Origin: Octopus sinensis
Taxonomy: Eukaryota
Length of the DNA: 64,000 nt
NCBI RefSeq assembly: GCF_006345805.1
Contig: NC_043017.1
Coordinates: 21,142,001 to 21,206,000, forward strand
Reading direction: 5' to 3'
Shown here: piece after piece, positions 62,270-64,000 of the stretch
Layout of the letters: every line of letters starts with the position of its first letter
How positions within the stretch are numbered: the stretch's first letter is position 1
Position numbers and translations under genes: made by a program
Notes under the pieces: model-generated
Database searches by the model: none
Told to the model about the DNA's origin: nothing
Seen by the model: only the letters and a program-made list of their open reading frames with translations

Positions 62270-63480
62270 ATATATGGCTGTGTGTGTGTGAGTGAATGTC
62301 TGTGAGTATGCATGTATGTGTGTGTGTGTCTGAGTAAGTGTATGTGTGTGTGTAAGAAAGTAAGAGAGAGAGAGTGTGTGTGTGTGTGAGTATATGTATG
62401 TGTGGGAGAGTGTGTGTGCATGTGGGGGAGAGAGAGAAAGTATGAGAGAGTGTGTGTGAGTGTGCATGTATGTGTCTGAGTAAGCATGTGTGTGTGTGTA
62501 AGAAAGTAAGAGAGAGTGTGTGTGTGTGAGTATGTGTATATGTGTGTGTGGGAGAGAGAGAAAGTATGAGAGAGTGTGTGTGTGAGTAAGCATGTATGTG
62601 TGTGTCTAATTAAGCATGTGTGTATGTGAGAGAGAAAGAGAGAGAATAAGTAGAGTGTGTGTGTGTGTCTGTGTGTAAGTGTGTGTGTGAATGTGCATGC
62701 ATGTGTGTATGATAGAGTGTGTGTGTGTGTCTGAGTATGTGTGTCTGGGTATGCTTGTTTGTGTGTGTGTGAGTATGCATATATGTGTGTGTGAGAGAGT
62801 GTGTGTGTGTATGTATCTGAGTATGCGTGTGTGTGAGAGAGAAAGCGAGAGTGAGAGTGTGTGTGTGTGTGAGTGAGAGAAAGTGTGTATTTGCTTATGT
62901 GCAAGTATGTTTGTGTGCATGTATGCGTGTGTGAGAGACAAAGTGTGTGTGTTTGTTCATATACAGGTATGTTTTAGTGTGTGTGTGTGCAAGAGTTTGT
63001 GTGTGAGTATTTGTTGAAGTGTAAGTATGTGTATGTGCAAATGGGTGTGAAAGAGAGTGTGTGATGTGTATGTGAGAGAGTGTGTGTGTGTGTTTGCGCG
63101 AATATTTGTTAATGCGTCTAAGTACATTTGCGTTTGTGTGTGTGCATAAAATGTGCATGTGTGCATAAGAGAGAGAGAGAGAGTGAATATGTGTGTGTGA
63201 GTTGTATGCATGCAACGCATGTGTATGTGCTTGTATGCAGGCATGTGTGTGCATATGCATGCTTGCACCTGTGTAGATTCCTACCTGTGTATGCCTGTGT
63301 ATGTATGCATGTAGTTTTGTGTGCATATGTATGTGCACCCATGTGCACCACGTCTCTGTCCATGTAGGTTTGTGTGTGAATGCATGTATAAGAACATATG
63401 CATGTGACCATGAGAATATGCTTACATATGTGCGTGTGTATGCATGTGTGTGTGTGTGTGTATGTGTGTCTATATATACT
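62270..63480. repeat. Degenerate (GT)n tract
   Basis: Direct reading. Confidence 0.9.
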
Positions 63481-63880
63481 TGTGTGCTTATGTGGTGTGG
63501 CTGGCATGGTTGGGTATGTAGGGTGGAATTCCTCGGCTGTTATTTATTTATCTTTTTGGCCCGTTTTTTCGTTACCCTTTCTATTAATTCCAGCAAACCT
63601 ATTATTATAGGGATTACTTCTATTTTGGGTCTCCATATTTTAGATATCTGTATTTTTATACCTTTGTAGGTGTATATATATGTGTGTGTGTGTGTATATA
63701 TGTATATATATAAAACAAGGGAGTGAGAGGGATAGCTACTACATAGATATAGATAGCTATGATATAGACAGTTATACATATTATGTCTATAAACACACAC
63801 ATAAATATGGAAAGCTAGAGAAGGAAAAAGAAAGAGGTACATAGTAGATGTAGATATATATATAATTCTCCCCTCTCTCT

Positions 63881-63919
<39 letters not shown>

Positions 63920-64000
63920 CATACAACACACACATACATATATATTCGTACATATATATATATATATACATACGTACACAGACACATATATCCATACATA

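Noticed and set aside
61078-63995. Leu/Ser- and His/Thr-rich ORFs
   Set aside because: Translations of (GA)n and (GT)n tracts.

Overview
AT-rich eukaryotic non-coding DNA. The SINE families, microsatellite density and transposon relics look like an Octopus (coleoid cephalopod) intron or intergenic region; this is inferred from repeat sequences I recognise, not from a database search. No intact protein-coding gene, rRNA, tRNA gene or CRISPR array can be supported, and essentially all ORFs in the track are translations of simple or tandem repeats. The window contains (i) dozens of short retroposon copies from about four families; (ii) relics of a Tc1/mariner transposase (12.5-12.8 kb), a CR1-group LINE (24.7 kb) and an R4/Dong-type LINE embedded in (TAA)n (40.6-40.9 kb); (iii) an 11.2-kb array of about 267 copies of a 42-bp unit (42.8-54.0 kb) with a repeated pattern of unit variants; and (iv) two more tandem arrays grown from SINE segments (157 bp and about 31 bp). 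The signal least explained by these features is a set of minimal type I hammerhead ribozyme motifs of the Penelope-like-element kind. Two identical copies point outward in an approximately 450-bp near-perfect palindrome (10.95-11.40 kb). Two more sit in the 3' tail of a tRNA-headed SINE (27.4 and 36.8 kb), and further unrelated or degenerate ones lie at 2.5, 54.1 and 54.7 kb. Together they suggest several ribozyme-bearing non-autonomous retroelement families; cleavage activity is untested. SINE boundary coordinates are approximate.
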